A stretch of DNA of 64,000 nt, from assembly GCA_963773065.1 (NCBI GenBank), contig CAVYZN010000027.1, positions 64,001 through 128,000 of the forward strand, in the 5' to 3' direction. Positions 37,264-47,342 of the stretch are shown piece after piece. The DNA is from an uncultured Gammaproteobacteria bacterium (GTDB taxonomy: Bacteria; Pseudomonadota; Gammaproteobacteria; UBA9214). The first letter of the stretch is position 1. Each line of letters opens with the position of its first letter. The notes beneath the pieces were generated by a model, which saw only the letters and a list, made by a program, of their open reading frames with translations, had not been told where the DNA came from and searched no databases. The translations under genes were made by a program, and so were the position numbers.

Positions 37264-38128
37264 ATGAAGGAGACCCTGGCGCTCGTTTACTCGGTGTTCA
37301 AGATCCGCATCGGGACGGCCATCATGCTGACCGCGCTCGCGGGTGTGGCGGTGGCCCCCGGACCGGCGCCGCAGGCGTGGAAGATCGCGGTACTGGCGCT
37401 GGCCGTCCTGCTGTCTTCGGCCAGCGCCGGCGCCTTCAACCAGTTCATGGAGCGCGATCTCGATGCGCGCATGAAGCGCACCCGCAACCGGCCTTTCGTA
37501 ACCGGGCGGTTCACCGCCAACGGCTACTGGATGGCCGGAATCGTGCTGTTGCTGGTGTTTGCCGTGGCGGCGGCCGCGCTCGCGACCAACGCCATTGCCG
37601 CGATGTACGTCTTCCTCGGCGCATTTTTCTATGGGGTGGTCTACACCGTCTGGCTGAAACGCCGCACCTGGATGAATATCATCATCGGCGGTCTGGCCGG
37701 CAGTTTCGCCGTGCTTGCCGGCGCGGCCGCCGTCGATCCCGGACTGGCGCCCGCCCCGGTGATACTGGCTGTCGTGCTGTTCCTGTGGACTCCGCCGCAT
37801 TTCTGGAGCCTGGCCTTCAAATACAAGGACGAATACGCGGCGGCCGGCGTGCCCATGCTGCCGGTGGTGCTACACGATGCGACGGCGGCACGCATCATTC
37901 TTGCGCATACCCTGTTGCTGGTCGGCCTGTCACTGCTACCGGCACTGTACGGCTTGGGTTGGATCTATCTGCTGGGCGCCGCCACGGGCGGCGGCTGGTT
38001 CGTGTGGACCAGCATCCGCCTTGCCCGCAATCCCTCACCGGCGGCGGCCATGACGCAATTTCCACGCTTCGCTGTTGCAACTGAGTCTGCTGCTTTGCGC
38101 CGCCATTCTGGATGCGTGGTTGACCTGA
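37264..38128 (+). CDS. ctaB: Protoheme IX farnesyltransferase (CtaB/CyoE family); apparent frameshift near 38052
   Basis: FNQFMERDLDARMKRTRNRP, YTVWLKRRT, LWTPPHFWSLA. Confidence 0.9.
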
Positions 38129-38169
38129 GGAAGCCGTATTTTTTAGGTAGTGTTCATCCATAAACACCG

Positions 38170-38262
38170 TTTTCACCGCAAAGACGCAAAGTTCGCGAAG
38201 AAACTTATTAACAAAAACAATTAAACGGCTTTGCGTTCTTTGCGCCTTTGCGGTGAGAAAAA
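38170..38262. repeat. Intergenic inverted repeat of the CACCGCAAAG family
   Basis: ttttcaccgcaaagacgcaaag ... ctttgcgcctttgcggtgagaaaa. Confidence 0.7.
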
Positions 38263-38282
38263 TCGTGACAGGAAACCCGTAG

Positions 38283-39141
38283 ATGCAACCGTTCCGCCTT
38301 TTGATTCTTGTCGGCCTGCTCATCGCGGGCACGGCCGGCCACGCCGCGGATCACCGACCATGGCCGGCGCCGGGCACGGGGCGGGCGCCGCGCACAGACA
38401 CAGGCCGGTCCGGCCTATGACGAAGCCGCCGCCCTTGCCAGAAGCCAGGCGGCCATGGGCCGGCTGGTCGGCGACTATGAGTTCCTGGACGGCGAGGGAC
38501 GGCGCGTCGCGCTGGGCGCCTTGCGCGGCAAGCCGGTGCTGATCAGCCTGGTCTACACCAGTTGTTATCACATCTGCCCGACGGTAACGACCAATCTGGC
38601 CCGTCTGATCAGAATCGCGCAAGGTGCCCTGGGTAATGACAGCTTTTCGGTTCTGACCATCGGTTTCGATACCCCGGTCGATACGCCGGATCGCATGCGT
38701 GAGTTCGGCAAACAGGTGGGGGTCATCAACAACTGGCATTTCGTCAGCGCCAGCGCCGAGACCATGAAGCGCCTGTCCGATGATGTGGGTTTCATCTATT
38801 TCAAATCACCGAAAGGATTCGATCATCTTATCCAGGCCACGATGCTCGATGCGGACGGCAAGGTGTACCGCCAGATTTACGGGATGGCCCCGGACCCGCC
38901 CGCCCTGGTGGAGCCGCTCAAGGAGCTGCTGTACGGCAAACCGGTGGCCGCCTCGCCCCTGAAAAGCCTGATGAACAATATCCGCCTGTTCTGCACCGTC
39001 TATGACCCGACGACCGGCCGGTATCATTTCGACTACTCGCTCTTCGTCAGCATCGCCATCGGCTTTCTGACGCTTGGAGCAACCGCCGTGTTCATCGTCC
39101 ATGCCTGGCGCAGACCCCCGCCGCCGGGACCCGCGGTTTAA
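38283..39141 (+). CDS. SCO family copper chaperone with C-terminal TM; apparent frameshift(s) after signal peptide
   Basis: MQPFRLLILVGLL signal; YTSCYHICP CxxxC, FDHL. Confidence 0.85.
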
Positions 39142-39162
39142 ATCCAGGGAAGTCCCGGGCAC

Positions 39163-40734
39163 ATGACCGGTCCGCGCAGGGTTGCCAGAGCGGCTTTTGA
39201 AAGCGTCGAAAACGGCTTCGATCGCGCCTTTGGCCCCACCTGGAATCCCCTGCACCAGTTGGGCGCGCTCGGCTGGTTCTTCTACTGGATCACCATCGTC
39301 AGCGGCATCTACCTCTACATCTTTTTCGACACCGGCATCAGCCAGGCCTACGAATCCCTGGAATACCTGACCCATGTGCAGTGGTATGCCGGCGGCGTCA
39401 TGCGCAGCCTGCATCGCTATGCCTCCGACGCCCTGATCATCGTCATGATGCTGCACCTGGTGCGCGAATACGTGATGGACCGCTATCGCGGCGCGCGCTG
39501 GTTTGCCTGGTTTACCGGCGTACCGCTGCTGTGGCTGGTCTTTGCCTGCGGCATCAGCGGCTACTGGATGGTATGGGACATACTCGCCCAGTACATCGCC
39601 ATCGCCACCACGGAGTGGCTCGACACGCTCGGCATCTTCGGTGAATCCATCGCCCGCAATTTCCTCACTCCCGCGACCCTGAGCGGCCGGTTCTTCACGC
39701 TCATGGTGTTCATCCACATCGCCGTGCCCCTGGTCATGCTGCTGGTGATGTGGATCCATATCCTTCGCCAGCGCAACGCCAGGGTGAACCCGCCCGTCGG
39801 TCTGGCCGCCGGTACCCTGGCCATGCTGCTGGTGTTGTCTTTCATCAAACCGGCCCTCAGCCAGGCGCCGGCGGATCTCGGCGTCGTGCCTGCGGTGATC
39901 CATCTCGACTGGTTTTACCTGGCGGCCTATCCCTTGCTCGACCGGGTCCCCGGGCGAGTGATGTGGGCGATCGCCTTGGGTGTAACCCTGTTGCTGTTGC
40001 TGGTGCCGTGGCTGCCGCCGCTGCGCCGCCGGAAGCCGGCCAGCGTCGATCTGGATAACTGCAATGGTTGCGGCCGCTGCGTCGAGGACTGTCCCTTCAG
40101 CGCCGTCGCGCTGCAGCCGCGCACGGACGGCGCCGGTTTTTCGCAGGAAGCCGTCGTGGCGAATGAGCTGTGCACCAGTTGCGGAATCTGCGTGGGCGCC
40201 TGCCCGACCTCCACGCCCTTCCGGCGCACGACCGAGCTCATTCCCGGTATCGACCTGCCGGATCTGAGGATCCAGGCGATGCGCGACACGATGCTGGCGG
40301 CGGCATCCGGCCTTAGCGGAAAGGCACGCGTCCTCGTGTACGGCTGCGACCAGGGTCCCGATCTGAACGAACTCCGGGGCCCCGGAGTCGCGGTACTCCG
40401 GCTGCCGTGTATCGCCATGTTGCCGCCATCCTTTTTCGATTTCATCATCACGCGCCATCACGTCGATGGCGTTTTCCTGACCGGCTGCGCCGAGGGAGAC
40501 TGTCACTACCGTCTCGGCATTCAATGGACGGAGCAGCGCCTGGCGGGGGAACGCGATCCCTATCTGCGCAAGCGTGTCCCGCGCGAACGCATCGGCGAGT
40601 TCTGGTCCGGACTCACCCATGGCAAACGACTCAAGCGCGAACTCGCCGATTTCCAGGCGAGCCTCGGGTCGCTGCCGCCCGTCGCGCGGCGGGCGGTTGA
40701 ACAAACGAGCGAGGGTGCCGTGCGCCATGACTAG
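39163..40734 (+). CDS. Cytochrome b N-terminal domain + 2[4Fe-4S] ferredoxin + MvhD/FlpD-like domain fusion
   Basis: MRSLHRYAS/LHLVRE/FIHIA heme b His; CNGCGRCVEDCP and CTSCGICVGACP; LPC...GCAEGDCHY. Confidence 0.82.
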   Translation: MTGPRRVARAAFESVENGFDRAFGPTWNPLHQLGALGWFFYWITIVSGIYLYIFFDTGISQAYESLEYLTHVQWYAGGVMRSLHRYASDALIIVMMLHLVREYVMDRYRGARWFAWFTGVPLLWLVFACGISGYWMVWDILAQYIAIATTEWLDTLGIFGESIARNFLTPATLSGRFFTLMVFIHIAVPLVMLLVMWIHILRQRNARVNPPVGLAAGTLAMLLVLSFIKPALSQAPADLGVVPAVIHLDWFYLAAYPLLDRVPGRVMWAIALGVTLLLLLVPWLPPLRRRKPASVDLDNCNGCGRCVEDCPFSAVALQPRTDGAGFSQEAVVANELCTSCGICVGACPTSTPFRRTTELIPGIDLPDLRIQAMRDTMLAAASGLSGKARVLVYGCDQGPDLNELRGPGVAVLRLPCIAMLPPSFFDFIITRHHVDGVFLTGCAEGDCHYRLGIQWTEQRLAGERDPYLRKRVPRERIGEFWSGLTHGKRLKRELADFQASLGSLPPVARRAVEQTSEGAVRHD

Positions 40735-41230
40735 ACCGCTGCAGCTCCTGGGCCAGGCGATCGCCTATGCGGTGTTTGCCGGCGTGGTCGGCTACTTCGC
40801 GGCCTCGCCCGCCTATACCCATCTCGATCCGGGACTCGCCCTGATCAAGCTCAGCTTCAGTCATGCCGGTAAGCACAAGGGGGAATGCCGGCAGCGGACG
40901 CCCGAGGAACTCGCCAAACTGTCACCCAATATGCGCCGGCCGCTGGATTGCCCGCGTGGACGCTTGCCGCTGCAGGTCGAACTCATGCTGGACGGAGAAC
41001 CCCTTTACCGTGGCGAACTGCCTCCCTCGGGTCTGGCGGGAGACGGCGCCGCCATGGCCTACAGCAAATTTCCCGTCGCGCCCGGCCGGCACCATCTCGC
41101 GGCCCGCCTGCGCGATAGCGACCGCTCGACAGGCTATGATTACGAGAAGGAGGCGGAGATCACGCTGCATCCGCGGCAGAACTTCGTCATCGATTTCCGG
41201 CCGGCGTTGGGCGGGTTCCTGTTCCTGTGA
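40727..41230 (+). CDS. Membrane-anchored hypothetical protein
   Basis: N-terminal TM, SHAG..ECR...NMRRPLDCPR; overlaps upstream stop. Confidence 0.7.
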   Translation: MTRPLQLLGQAIAYAVFAGVVGYFAASPAYTHLDPGLALIKLSFSHAGKHKGECRQRTPEELAKLSPNMRRPLDCPRGRLPLQVELMLDGEPLYRGELPPSGLAGDGAAMAYSKFPVAPGRHHLAARLRDSDRSTGYDYEKEAEITLHPRQNFVIDFRPALGGFLFL

Positions 41231-41237
41231 GGCTGTC

Positions 41238-41627
41238 ATGGCACTGATTGAATGGAAGGATGAATTCGCCACGGGGGTTCCCGACGTCGACAGCGAGCAC
41301 CGGCAGCTCATCGAGCTGATCAACGCCTTGCATGTCGCCCTGCTGCGCAAGGATGTCACCTACACGGTGATGGATTTCCTGGGCCAGATCTACGCGCGCA
41401 TCTCGGGGCATTTTGCCCTGGAGGAGAAGATCATGCGCGAGCGCGGCTACGACCAGTTTGAAGATCACAAGGCGGACCATGAACGCCTGCTCGATGAACT
41501 GCGGGACATCATGGATGACTATGAAGAGCATGCCTATTTCAGCGATGAGGAATTCGCCCGGCAGATCGAGACCTGGTTTTCGCAACACTTCAAGACCCGG
41601 GACGCGCGTTGCACAAGCACCTGTTAA
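41238..41627 (+). CDS. Bacteriohemerythrin (last codons probably frameshifted)
   Basis: IEWKDEFATGV..VDSEHRQL, HFALEEKIM, HKADH, WFSQHFKTRD. Confidence 0.9.
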   Translation: MALIEWKDEFATGVPDVDSEHRQLIELINALHVALLRKDVTYTVMDFLGQIYARISGHFALEEKIMRERGYDQFEDHKADHERLLDELRDIMDDYEEHAYFSDEEFARQIETWFSQHFKTRDARCTSTC

Positions 41628-41743
41628 TCCCGATCGTGTTGTATGCGTAACCCACTGGCTCGAAGACACGCGCATTTATGGCCCATATCGTCCCCGCTTT
41701 CGTGGTGATGAGAGATACTATTTCGCAGTATAGATGCCCAGGT

Positions 41744-41807
41744 GTAGGTGCGAATTTATTCGCACCTACTGAACGATGAGGTAACCATGCGAATAAATTC
41801 GCACTAC
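41744..41807. repeat. GTAG-type REP doublet
   Basis: gtaggtgcgaatttattcgcacctac and inverted tgcgaataaattcgcactac. Confidence 0.7.
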
Positions 41808-41812
41808 GGGGG

Positions 41813-41930
41813 ATGATGAAGCAAAAGCTGGAACTCACCGGGATCGGGAAGGAGAACCGGCCGAGACTGGAGTCGCGGATTCTGCTGGAAGACCCGGCGA
41901 AGTCCTATTACGCGGTGCATCGGCAGCGGA
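41813..41930 (+). pseudogene. 5' remnant of a type III restriction-modification methyltransferase (Mod)
   Basis: MKQKLELTGIGKENRPRLESRILLEDPAKSYYA resembles Mod N-termini; no catalytic part follows. Confidence 0.6.
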
Positions 41931-41954
41931 AAACCGGTCCGGTTGAAGCTGTTG

Positions 41955-42257
41955 TCATGTCTGCTCAGCGTCGATTTCGCTCAAGCGCAGCAACTGGTTC
42001 CCCCGACGCACGGTGAGGACATCCACTTTATCCCTCACACTATAAATCACGCGATATGCGCCGAAGATAACCTCTCTGATTCGACGAATACCGACTTCCG
42101 GGACGACTCGACCGCTCTCCGGAAAGTCAGCCAGACGTTCCACTGTATCGAACAGTTCGACCACCCAGCGGGCGGCGGCATCCGGGTTGTCTTGCGCAAT
42201 GTACTGCGCGATATCCTCAACTCGCTCCAAGGCAAGTGGAGACCACTCTACCTTCAC
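41955..42257 (-). CDS. RelE/ParE family toxin
   Basis: MKVEWSPLA...YIAQDNPDAA...FPESGRVVPE...YRVIY. Confidence 0.9.
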   Translation of the reverse strand: MKVEWSPLALERVEDIAQYIAQDNPDAAARWVVELFDTVERLADFPESGRVVPEVGIRRIREVIFGAYRVIYSVRDKVDVLTVRRGNQLLRLSEIDAEQT

Positions 42258-42535
42258 CGTGCCAGCCCTTTCAGGACGCGCGCTCTGGCCTCCTCATGTG
42301 ACACACCTTCACCGGCCGCGAGTTGTTCCTCGGCGCAATAGATGTCTTCCAGGATATCCAAACGTTGTTGCATCAACTCAAACTCGTGCACATCCATCAG
42401 AACGGCTACGCCGCGACCCCGCTGAGTCAGTACCATCGGTCGCCGGGTCTCGTGAACCTGCTTCAGAAAGGACGCGACCCCGGCCCTGAACTCAGACAAC
42501 GGGCGGATATCTTCATCGACTCTCATCTTGGTCAT
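42254..42535 (-). CDS. Phd/YefM family antitoxin
   Basis: DIRPLSEFRA...PMVLTQRGRGVAVL; 4-nt overlap with toxin. Confidence 0.9.
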   Translation of the reverse strand: MTKMRVDEDIRPLSEFRAGVASFLKQVHETRRPMVLTQRGRGVAVLMDVHEFELMQQRLDILEDIYCAEEQLAAGEGVSHEEARARVLKGLAR

Positions 42536-42682
42536 AGTCACCTCAACGTACGTTCGACTGTACGTTGGACTGTACTCCAACCCGCTTTGTTTGGCCAGAA
42601 GACAGCGTATGGCTTGCTGCTTGAATACTTGTATACCTTATTGGGTTCACGCATTAACACCGGCGATGAACCCATCCGAGCG

Positions 42683-44263
42683 TTAGTGGCTGGTGCCCTC
42701 CGCGTAGTGGATCTTGTTGTAGACGTTGTACTTGCCGACCGGCTTGTTCATGGGGAGGCGCTTCACCTCCTCGAACGTATTGGCGTCGTAGACTACGATG
42801 GCGCCGTCGGTTTCCCAGATGCTCACCAGAGCGTATTTGCCGTCGCGGGTGAATTCCACGTGCGCGGAGGTCTTGCCGGGCGCCGGGCGCAGCGTTTTGA
42901 CGATCTCCAGCGTCTGCTTGTCGATGACCTGCATCGCGTCCTTGTTGGGACCGGAGAACACATCCACCCAGGCATAGCGCGTGTTTACATGGCTGCGCAT
43001 GAAAAAGCCCGGGCCGAGCGTCGCGATCTTCTTGATCGTTTTCCAGTTCGCGGTGTCGATGATGCTGACCACGACCCTCCTTGAGATTGGGCGTGGCCAG
43101 CACGGTGGTGCCGTTCCAAGGCCAGGTGATGCCGGAACCCAGATGCGGCATGCCCGGCAGATCCACATCGGCGATCTTGCGCCCGACGATGAGATTGACC
43201 ACCTGGCCCTTGTTGCCGTCGCGCGCGGCGCCGATCAGATGCTCGTAGTTCTGGTCGAAGAAGAAGTCATCGAGGTAGTCATCGAGTGGGATGCGCCGCA
43301 CGGGAAAGCGGCCCGGTCTCCGCCAGTCCCTCGCCCAGGCGGTAATCGTGCACCAGTCCGCCGTAGACGGGCGGCGGGTGGTCGGCGTAGCTGATTTCCC
43401 AGACCTGCTTGATATCCTTCAGCGCGACGATGAAACTCTGCGCGCGGCGGCGCGGTGTAGACGGCGCTGACCCGCGAGCCCTTGCCGAGACCGTCATCGA
43501 CCGGTATCACCTTGATCAGACTGAGGTCGCGCGCGTCCAGCAGCACCAGGTCCTGCGGCAGGTAGTTGCCGACCAGGACGTAGCGGTCATCGGCGGATAC
43601 CGCCAGATTGCGGGTGTTGAGGCCGGCGCGCACCTCGGCCACGGTTTCCAGGCGGTACAGGTCGAACTTGCTGATCCAGCCGTCGCGCGAGGCGAAGTAG
43701 ACGAAGCGCCCGTCGGAGGAAAACTTCGGTCCGCCGTGCAGGGCGTAGCGCGACTTGAAGCGGAAGATCGGCTCCAGCTTGTCGCCGTCCAGCACCGTGA
43801 CATGATGATCCCCGGCCTCGACCACCAGAAACAGGTTCAGGGGATCGGCCGTGTAGACCGGCTTGACCGTCGTGGCGTTGCCCTCGACCGACTCGGGTTT
43901 GTACACCACCCGGCTTGCCCTGATCTCCGCCTCGCCCCACACCGGCGGGATCGCGGGCGCGGTGTAGATATACTCGACCAGCGCCGCGATCTCCTCGGGC
44001 TTAAGCGTCTCCCGAAAGGCCGGCATCTGGGTGGCGGGCAGTCCCGCGGCAATGAGCTCGGCCGCCGTGTCCTTCGGCGTGCGCTGCAGGCTCTCGGGCA
44101 AGAGGGCAGGGCCCATGGCCCCCAGCCGGTCCGCGCCGTGGCAGCTCGCGCAGTGCTTCCCGAAGAGGGCGGCGGCGTCCGGTGCCGCGGCGGCAACCGG
44201 GCCGTTCACGGATAAACAGAGCATCACAAGCAGCCCGCATGCTGTCGATTCTTTATTGATCAT
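42683..44263 (-). CDS. nirN: Heme d1 biosynthesis protein NirN (cytochrome c + d1 propeller); several apparent frameshifts
   Basis: CASCHGADRLG, ALHGGPKF, LDDFFFDQ, MPHLGSG, GPGFFMRSH, GKYNVYNKI..EGTSH end. Confidence 0.85.
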
Positions 44264-44333
44264 TTCGAATTTTCGGGGTGGCCATTAGTTGAGACGAAGT
44301 AGGGTGCGCCGTGCGCACCAGGCGAGAGAATAA

Positions 44334-44365
44334 CAAAAAAATCGGCGACCCGAAGGTCGCCGCAT
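44334..44365 (-). terminator. Intrinsic terminator downstream of traT
   Basis: Minus strand cggcgaccttcgggtcgccg followed by a T-run. Confidence 0.7.
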
Positions 44366-44375
44366 TTATCCTGCT

Positions 44376-44557
44376 TCAGGAAGCGCTGATCAAGCCTGTC
44401 ATTCCCGCGAAAGCGGGAATCTAGAAATGTAGAGTGGGTTAGCGTTTTTTGCGTAACCCACCAGGCATTGCGCAGCAACACAACGCATTTTTTAATGAGT
44501 GCCCCCCGGCCCATCCGGTGGGTCACGGCACCAACGGGCGTGCCTGACCCACCCTGC
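44376..44557. repeat. Cluster of REP-like palindromes, including ATTCCC-N8-GGGAAT
   Basis: gtcattcccgcgaaagcgggaatc; gtgggttagcg...cgtaacccac; gtgggtcacggcac...gtgcctgacccac. Confidence 0.6.
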
Positions 44558-44568
44558 ATCATTGAATC

Positions 44569-45324
44569 TCAGAAAAAGCCCGCCATCGCGTAGGCGGTCT
44601 TCTGGAACATCAGGTCCTGGGCGTCCGCCAATTTCAGGTTGACCTTGTTCGCCGTCGTTACGATACGCGTGGTGTACTCTTTCCGGCCAGTGGCTTCCGA
44701 GACACGCTGGGTGCTGGATCCGGCATCCGATATCTTGACGCTGATCTGGGTGTCCTTGCGGACAACCACTCCGCTGCGTGTTTTTTCCGTGATCTGTATA
44801 TCGGCGACGAGCATGTAGGTCACGTCATGAACCAGCGCGCCGCTGACCGTTTCCGCCACGCCGGCAATCAAACCACCCGCGGCGGCGCCCGTATACGGGT
44901 TGCTCTGGTTAATCAGCGCCCCGGTCACTGCACCGGCGGCAAGCGAGCCAACATAGCCGCCACTCAAAGCCTTATCGGCCGCTGTCGGATTGGTCTTTTC
45001 CAGGTTCAGGACATACACCTTCATCTGGAAATGCGCGGCATCGGGATCTTCCACCAGACGATAGCCGTCTTCATTCTGGTCGAATTGTTCCTTCATGAAT
45101 TTCTTGAACGCGTTGCGATCGAATTCCATCACGCCGCTGCGAATATCCATGAATACGGTTCGTTTGTTCTTCGCCACGGGGTCGATGAATATTGCCGTAC
45201 TGGTCCTGGTCTGAACCTCCAGATCCTTGTGGGCCAAGGCCGTCTGTGTTGCCGCACATCCAGTGAGAAAGGCAAGATAACTGCCGAAGAGCAGAATGCC
45301 TATAAGTCTCAGAACATTTTTCAT
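44569..45324 (-). CDS. TraT family complement-resistance lipoprotein
   Basis: LTGC lipobox, DLEVQTRTSTAIFIDPV, Gly-zipper, TYMLVADIQI, TTANKVNL. Confidence 0.85.
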   Translation of the reverse strand: MKNVLRLIGILLFGSYLAFLTGCAATQTALAHKDLEVQTRTSTAIFIDPVAKNKRTVFMDIRSGVMEFDRNAFKKFMKEQFDQNEDGYRLVEDPDAAHFQMKVYVLNLEKTNPTAADKALSGGYVGSLAAGAVTGALINQSNPYTGAAAGGLIAGVAETVSGALVHDVTYMLVADIQITEKTRSGVVVRKDTQISVKISDAGSSTQRVSEATGRKEYTTRIVTTANKVNLKLADAQDLMFQKTAYAMAGFF

Positions 45325-45389
45325 TGCAGGAACTCCTTCATTATTGGTGGTTATGTAGTGAACGACTTTCCAGCCACATGCGACACAGA

Positions 45390-45788
45390 CTATTCATCCG
45401 GATAGTCGTGCCCATAGTAGCGGTGGTAATACATGCAATCCCGATACTCACTCCAGGAGTATTGCAGCATGTCCTGACAGGTATACCCGGGTTTCCAATG
45501 CTCGCCTTGATACACCTGCGGCTTGACGCGTTTCTTCATGGCCTGCCGGATATAGGCATTGACCTGTTCGGGATGCTCCGCGTAAAACGGTTGTGACATG
45601 ACCTCCTCATTAAACCGCTTCTGCGTCGCCGCCATATCGTCTGTCTCGGCGGGAAACGCCGGTGATGTCTGAAGCACGGATACAGCCAAGAGAAGGAGAC
45701 TGTTGGATAACTTACGTGGACGATGTCCCGATGGGAAACGACGATACCCGGAGTGTTTACCGGTAGAGGCGGGACTGGATACGCACAC
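45390..45788 (-). CDS. Hypothetical exported protein (start uncertain)
   Basis: Hydrophobic stretch, then Tyr/Cys-rich C-terminus; upstream of traT. Confidence 0.5.
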   Translation of the reverse strand: MCVSSPASTGKHSGYRRFPSGHRPRKLSNSLLLLAVSVLQTSPAFPAETDDMAATQKRFNEEVMSQPFYAEHPEQVNAYIRQAMKKRVKPQVYQGEHWKPGYTCQDMLQYSWSEYRDCMYYHRYYGHDYPDE

Positions 45789-45873
45789 TGTCCGCCCGGT
45801 GCTGTGATTCCATCATGATGGTTTCCCCCTTTATTATTTTTTATTGATGTTATCCCTATTTCTGGGGCTTCTC

Positions 45874-45887
45874 TTGATGCATATCAA
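45874..45887. promoter_or_regulatory. Perfect FNR/DNR consensus box
   Basis: TTGATgcatATCAA = TTGAT-N4-ATCAA, 10/10, intergenic. Confidence 0.7.
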
Positions 45888-46159
45888 GATTCCGCCTTAA
45901 TTCTTTAATTATTATTCCTGCAGTTCGGCAGGAGGTAGCCTGATGTTGAACGCAGTGAAACCCGGGTTTCACTACAGACAGGGGAATTCCTGAATCTGCG
46001 TGATACTAGATGCCGCGAGAATTGTACCCTGGTTGTCCGCAGGCTACACAGTGGAAGTGGTTGGTTTTCCAGCCAAGGCGCACATAAACAAACCAAAACG
46101 ATCAACCATGCGCACGAAGAATGATGGGTATACGTATTTGTACGTATATAAAGAATTAC

Positions 46160-47342
46160 GGCTCTTTTATTAGTGGGTTAATGCGCCACATGTGGGTTGA
46201 GTTTGGAGAAGTCGAGTTTGCCGGCGATCAGGAAAATCACAGTACGGATCGTGCTGAACCAACCGTAGCCGCGCGCTTTGCGCTTGGCGGACTGGAACAG
46301 CCCGTTCAGTGCCTCCAGGAAACCATTGGTCTGACGGGTCTGCGCCCAGGCAATGATGCTCTCGAAATGGTTGCGGATCAGTTTGGCAACTTCCTTCATG
46401 GGTTCGACTTTGGAGCGCATGACATTGGTACACCACTGCCAGAGCATGGCGGCGACCACGTTGATCTGTTTGCGATCGAGGATCTCGCGCAACTGCTCAC
46501 GGTACACCCACGCTCGGGCGGTCCGCTTCGTGGTGAGTTTGGCGAGCAGGTTGTCGACTTCCGCGCGGGCGGTGTCGCTGAGAGTTCCGTAATTGCGCAG
46601 CAGCTTCCAGCGCAACCCCTTGAGGCCGGGCGTGGTTTTCTGCTCGATGCGCCGGGTCTCGTCCAGGGCCCTGGAGGCGTGGGCGATCACATGGAACTTG
46701 TCGAAGGTGATCCGGGCATTGGGAAGACTCTCGGCGCAGCCCTTGATGAAGGCCGGCGACATGTCGATGCTGACCGAGTCGATGGCATCAATGTCGGCAC
46801 CATGGGCCCGGAGATCCTCGGCCAGCCGCCGGATCGCCTCGGCCTCACGGCCTTCGGTGACGAACAGCACCGCGCGGCGCTCGGCGTCGGCGGCCAGGGT
46901 GACATAGTCGTGGCCGCGGGCTCGCGAGGTCTCGTCGATGGCCAGGCGGGTGACCTCGGAGAAGTCGGCCTCGGCCAGCGCGAGATCGACATAGCGCCCG
47001 CAAATCGCCGCCACCCGATGCCAGCTCTCGCCGGTGAGACGTGCCACCGCCGCAAACGGCATCTCGCGCGCCAACATCAGCACAAGTGCCTCAAAGAGCA
47101 GCGTGAAGCCCGAGAGCTTCCCGGTCCAGCCCGGCTCGACCTGGCGCACCGCGCCACCAGGCAGCTTCACGCGGGGTACGCGGACCTCCAGGTAGCACTC
47201 GTGCTGGAAGAAATTGAGGTGCCGATAACGCTTGCTGACCGTATCGTGCACCGGATGGACGCCAGTCTCACCAGCCACAGCGAACCGGCTGCCAGCAGTG
47301 AAGTCGATGCCTACGGTCAGAGTCTTTGCCGTCGCGTCCAAG
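46160..47342 (-). mobile_element. ISL3 family insertion sequence, 5'-truncated, flanked by 8-bp direct repeat AGAATTAC
   Basis: GGCTCTT end at 46160; agaattac at 46152-46159 and 47343-47350. Confidence 0.8.
46178..47341 (-). CDS. ISL3 family transposase lacking its N-terminus
   Basis: RHLNFFQHECYL, AIDETS, SIDMS, FDKFHV, TNGFLEALN, KRKARGY. Confidence 0.9.
   Translation of the reverse strand: MDATAKTLTVGIDFTAGSRFAVAGETGVHPVHDTVSKRYRHLNFFQHECYLEVRVPRVKLPGGAVRQVEPGWTGKLSGFTLLFEALVLMLAREMPFAAVARLTGESWHRVAAICGRYVDLALAEADFSEVTRLAIDETSRARGHDYVTLAADAERRAVLFVTEGREAEAIRRLAEDLRAHGADIDAIDSVSIDMSPAFIKGCAESLPNARITFDKFHVIAHASRALDETRRIEQKTTPGLKGLRWKLLRNYGTLSDTARAEVDNLLAKLTTKRTARAWVYREQLREILDRKQINVVAAMLWQWCTNVMRSKVEPMKEVAKLIRNHFESIIAWAQTRQTNGFLEALNGLFQSAKRKARGYGWFSTIRTVIFLIAGKLDFSKLNPHVAH

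Noticed and set aside
38806-40728. Long antisense ORFs (640 aa here; also 36331-37800, 4802-6004, 46121-47359, 62623-63918)
   Set aside because: Shadow frames of GC-rich genes on the opposite strand with no recognisable motifs
42683-44263. Nitrite reductase NirS
   Set aside because: ALHGGPKF and the EGTSH terminus fit NirN better
44569-45324. Conjugative element inferred from traT
   Set aside because: No other transfer, relaxase or integrase genes; stand-alone TraT homologs are known
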